A stretch of 64,000 nt of DNA from Lepidodermella squamata (Eukaryota; Animalia; Gastrotricha). A program made the position numbers and the translations under genes. This document shows positions 61,035-64,000 of the stretch, one piece after another; position 1 is the first letter of the stretch; every line of letters starts with the position of its first letter. The DNA lies in assembly GCA_047495785.1 (NCBI GenBank), contig JBLDXI010000010.1:1736001-1800000 (forward strand), in the 5' to 3' direction. The notes beneath the pieces are model-generated. The model worked only from the letters and a program-made list of their open reading frames with translations, was not told where the DNA came from and ran no database searches.

Positions 61035-62294
61035 GCTGCTTTTAACACAGAAAATTTCAAATGAAGGGTAGCAAAAATTGTCTGTGTTCTCAGTTATAAT
61101 CATTTGTTTAATTTCAGGGTAGGTGAATGCGGCGCTTTGCAATCATGAAAACCCAGTTCAGTAATCATTTCGGTAACGAAAAACAAATACAAATTCACCC
61201 AAATAAAACTCCCCAATTTCTCGCGACATTTTCAGCCGTAGGCAATTAAAGATCATGTGATTGAAGTTTTACTCTCAGAGTAGACCGTTTATTTTCCCAT
61301 ATGCTGAATCGACTTTAATCATTGGATTACATATTAGACGTAAACCTATGAAGCGTTTGGTAGAAAAAGTGTTGGTACCCAGTCGTAAAAAAATAGATCC
61401 TAGCTAGACCCTAACCGCTATTATTGGGTCTATCTGAATAGATCGTGTGGGATGCGAAAAATGACACTGGGGTAGATCTAGCTAGCGACTACCTAGACGG
61501 CGGATAGATCCTGATGGATAGACCGGCGGTGGGTCTAAATTTTCGCGATTAGATCGTGCGTAGATCTAGTTCATAATACCGGCTTGAACAGCCCGCATGA
61601 ATCACGGCTTGCCCCAGCTGTTCCTCCACTTGGTTCAGTTACCCTCATAGGAAGCAATTATTCCAATAATTTCATTTATTTATTTAAAAACATTAAGCAA
61701 TAATCAATTCTTATTATCACGATGAAGCTATTGATCACAAATCACATGAATATTAAAAATAATGTCTCTCTGCTTGAAATTTCGAGCCGGCTACGACTTG
61801 GTTCCTGGAATTGTTGAAATTGAATCGAGTTATTTCGCCTTGTCGTCGTCACTCGTCATTCGCGGCTTCAGTCAAGCGAAAATCTTCCATCTCTGAAAAT
61901 AAATTGAAGATGAGAATCGGTTTTTTCGCTATAATCAGGGGTCTTACCTGAAATGGGAGCTCAAATTAAATCGGCGATAAGGCAATTTAGCACGTTATCT
62001 TGGCACGGTGAATCTTGGCACCTAAACATTTTTCCTAAAAATAAATAAAAAAATAGCTGCAAAATTGTCTTACCATTTTCACGTCGATCGAGATTCGGGT
62101 TGAAATTCGCCAAAAATTGTGAACCAATTTAGAAAAAAATCTAATAACTTGAATTTTTTATTATTGCTATTGCTGATACCATAAAACAAAATATTGTTAA
62201 AAATTCATTTTTCTTACCCTCACGATTTCACGGTGGTTGAATTCGACAAACGATTAGTATTCGGCGAAAATTGCCGAAGCTTCAGGCGAAAATA

Positions 62295-63331
62295 ATAGCA
62301 CTCGCACCGTACTGCCGGCACGGTCAACTACGGCGCAACTACGGTGCCGGTACGGCCGGTCATCTACGGCGCCGTAGCGATTCCGTAACTTTTAGAAAAT
62401 TCCCCCTGACTTCAAATTTATGAAATCTAACAAAATATCATATCACCAATTAGGGATACGGATTGGCCAATAAGCTTAATATGAACCGGTGATAAAAGGT
62501 CACGTAAACATTAATGAAAAATCAGGTAAAGGCTTCAGATTACAGTCCCGCTCTTGAAAACGTTTGAAAGCATGTATAACCGTGAAACGACATATTCAAT
62601 CACTACCTGGAGGTCGACAGTAACAAGGCGGAAACGAGAATGACGATTTCGCTACGGTTCGAACTGACCAATGTGCCCATGAAGTAGTTACACCTGTGAT
62701 GACGAGCGCCAATAGGCTGATTTCAGACTAGAAATTTTAGCCCCGTTTAACGGGCTTCTGAAACTAAATGGCCCATCCTGGGTAGCCAACGGCTTCCCTG
62801 GGATCCCAGCTATCAGTTGGATATGCTGGAACCCGCCCGCCTTCAAACACCAGGTCCACCTGGGTTCCCAAAGTTCGCCATAACATAGCATTTTGGCTGA
62901 TTTTAGAGTTTGGGTTCCAGCCCGGTTTAACGGGTTTCGAAGACTCCCAAACGCATCGCGGATTGTCCACGTCTTCATATAAGACACGCCTTTGTAAGCA
63001 GATCGCTGCAATTAGTATTGAGTGCACCTATCCCTTGTGATTCAACGGATATACATTCAGCTCAAGCCATTCAGCTGGCTACATGCTGACTTTTCGAAAA
63101 TTTGTATCCTAACTTTGTTGTTCAGTTTTCGACTTGTTTTCAGGTAGCCTACCTCTTATCGACGGTGTATGCGAAAATTCGTGAAAATCCCATTACGGTT
63201 ATCATGTTTTTAAAAATGTTTTGAGTTGGCCGTAGCACGCGAAAATGCTACGTAGCACTGTGGTAGCGCTGAAATAGCAGTCGCCGTAGCGCTACCGTAG
63301 CGGCCCCGTAGTTGTGCTATTTGAGTGCTAT
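62295..63331. mobile_element. Non-autonomous TIR DNA element (about 1.04 kb)
   Basis: Inverted termini atagcactc / gagtgctat (17 bp with flanks), CTACG/CGTAG subterminal repeats, and a second copy at 37530. Confidence 0.75.
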
Positions 63332-64000
63332 TATTTTCGTATACTGGGGAAAAAATAAAATGAAATAATTACATGAGAATTTCAGAAAATATTTTTTGCT
63401 AACCAGCCGATAGCCGCAGTTTTTAGCCACAATCGCTCGATAATTGTTTCGAATTCCAAATTTTCTTCCTTCTCTGAAAATTGAAAATCAGGAAATTAAA
63501 AAAAATTGTTGATTAAAATTGAAAATTTTGATTTTTGCTTCATAAATGCGTAATTCATCTAAATTGGATAGCGGAAACTTTCGTATCATTGGTAAACAAT
63601 CTTGGCCTCAAAAAATTCTACGAGAGCATTAAAGGTTGACTTTAAAAATTATTTCAGGATCCTAATAATGTTGTTGAAATTTCACCAATTTTTTTTGTTT
63701 TTCAACTACATTTTACAGGCAGGTAATTTTCTTACCGCGCAGTTGGTTTTCATACAATCTTGTAACTGAGACTCGGCATTAAATGATGGATGACATACCG
63801 AAATTGACGATGTCTTCGGCCGTTTACCAGTCAGCCTTGTGAGGCAGGTTCGACAGGATACTAGCAATCCTATATGAGGTAGCTTCAACAATTAAGGTGG
63901 AATTTTCGGAACAAATAACAAACCAAGTAGATCACGACTGCCTTGTTGACGTGTTGCAGTGTTGAACCTGAAGCGATTTCACAAAAAAATTGAGGTGACG

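Noticed and set aside
61376-64000. Minus-strand micro-exon-like pieces and TAGATC repeats as upstream exons of the 55331 orphan exon
   Set aside because: No coherent coding frame, an apparent own poly(A) signal near 61675, and repeat-like context suggest a transposon-associated transcript; unresolved.

Overview
Gene-dense eukaryotic DNA, inferred to be from an invertebrate animal, with very short GT-AG introns (49-66 nt). The species cannot be determined from the sequence alone. The window is dominated by tandem arrays of divergent pentameric Cys-loop channel subunits: family A (8 three-exon genes on +, at 1.5-10.7 kb and 30.9-36.7 kb) and family B (5 two-exon genes plus remnants on -, at 50-61 kb). 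All have a tiny M3-M4 loop and lack the classical acetylcholine-binding residues. Between the arrays lie a cluster of secreted multi-Kunitz proteins (3 genes and 1 pseudogene), two intronless GABA-B-like class C GPCRs, a LamG-like/C-type-lectin receptor tyrosine kinase, and an intronless IucA/IucC (NRPS-independent siderophore synthetase) gene with a diverged truncated paralog, a strong candidate for horizontal transfer into an animal. MITEs, LINE fragments, an internally deleted MULE-like ORF and tRNA-like repeats fill the spacers. All exon boundaries were read by eye and no database searches were run.
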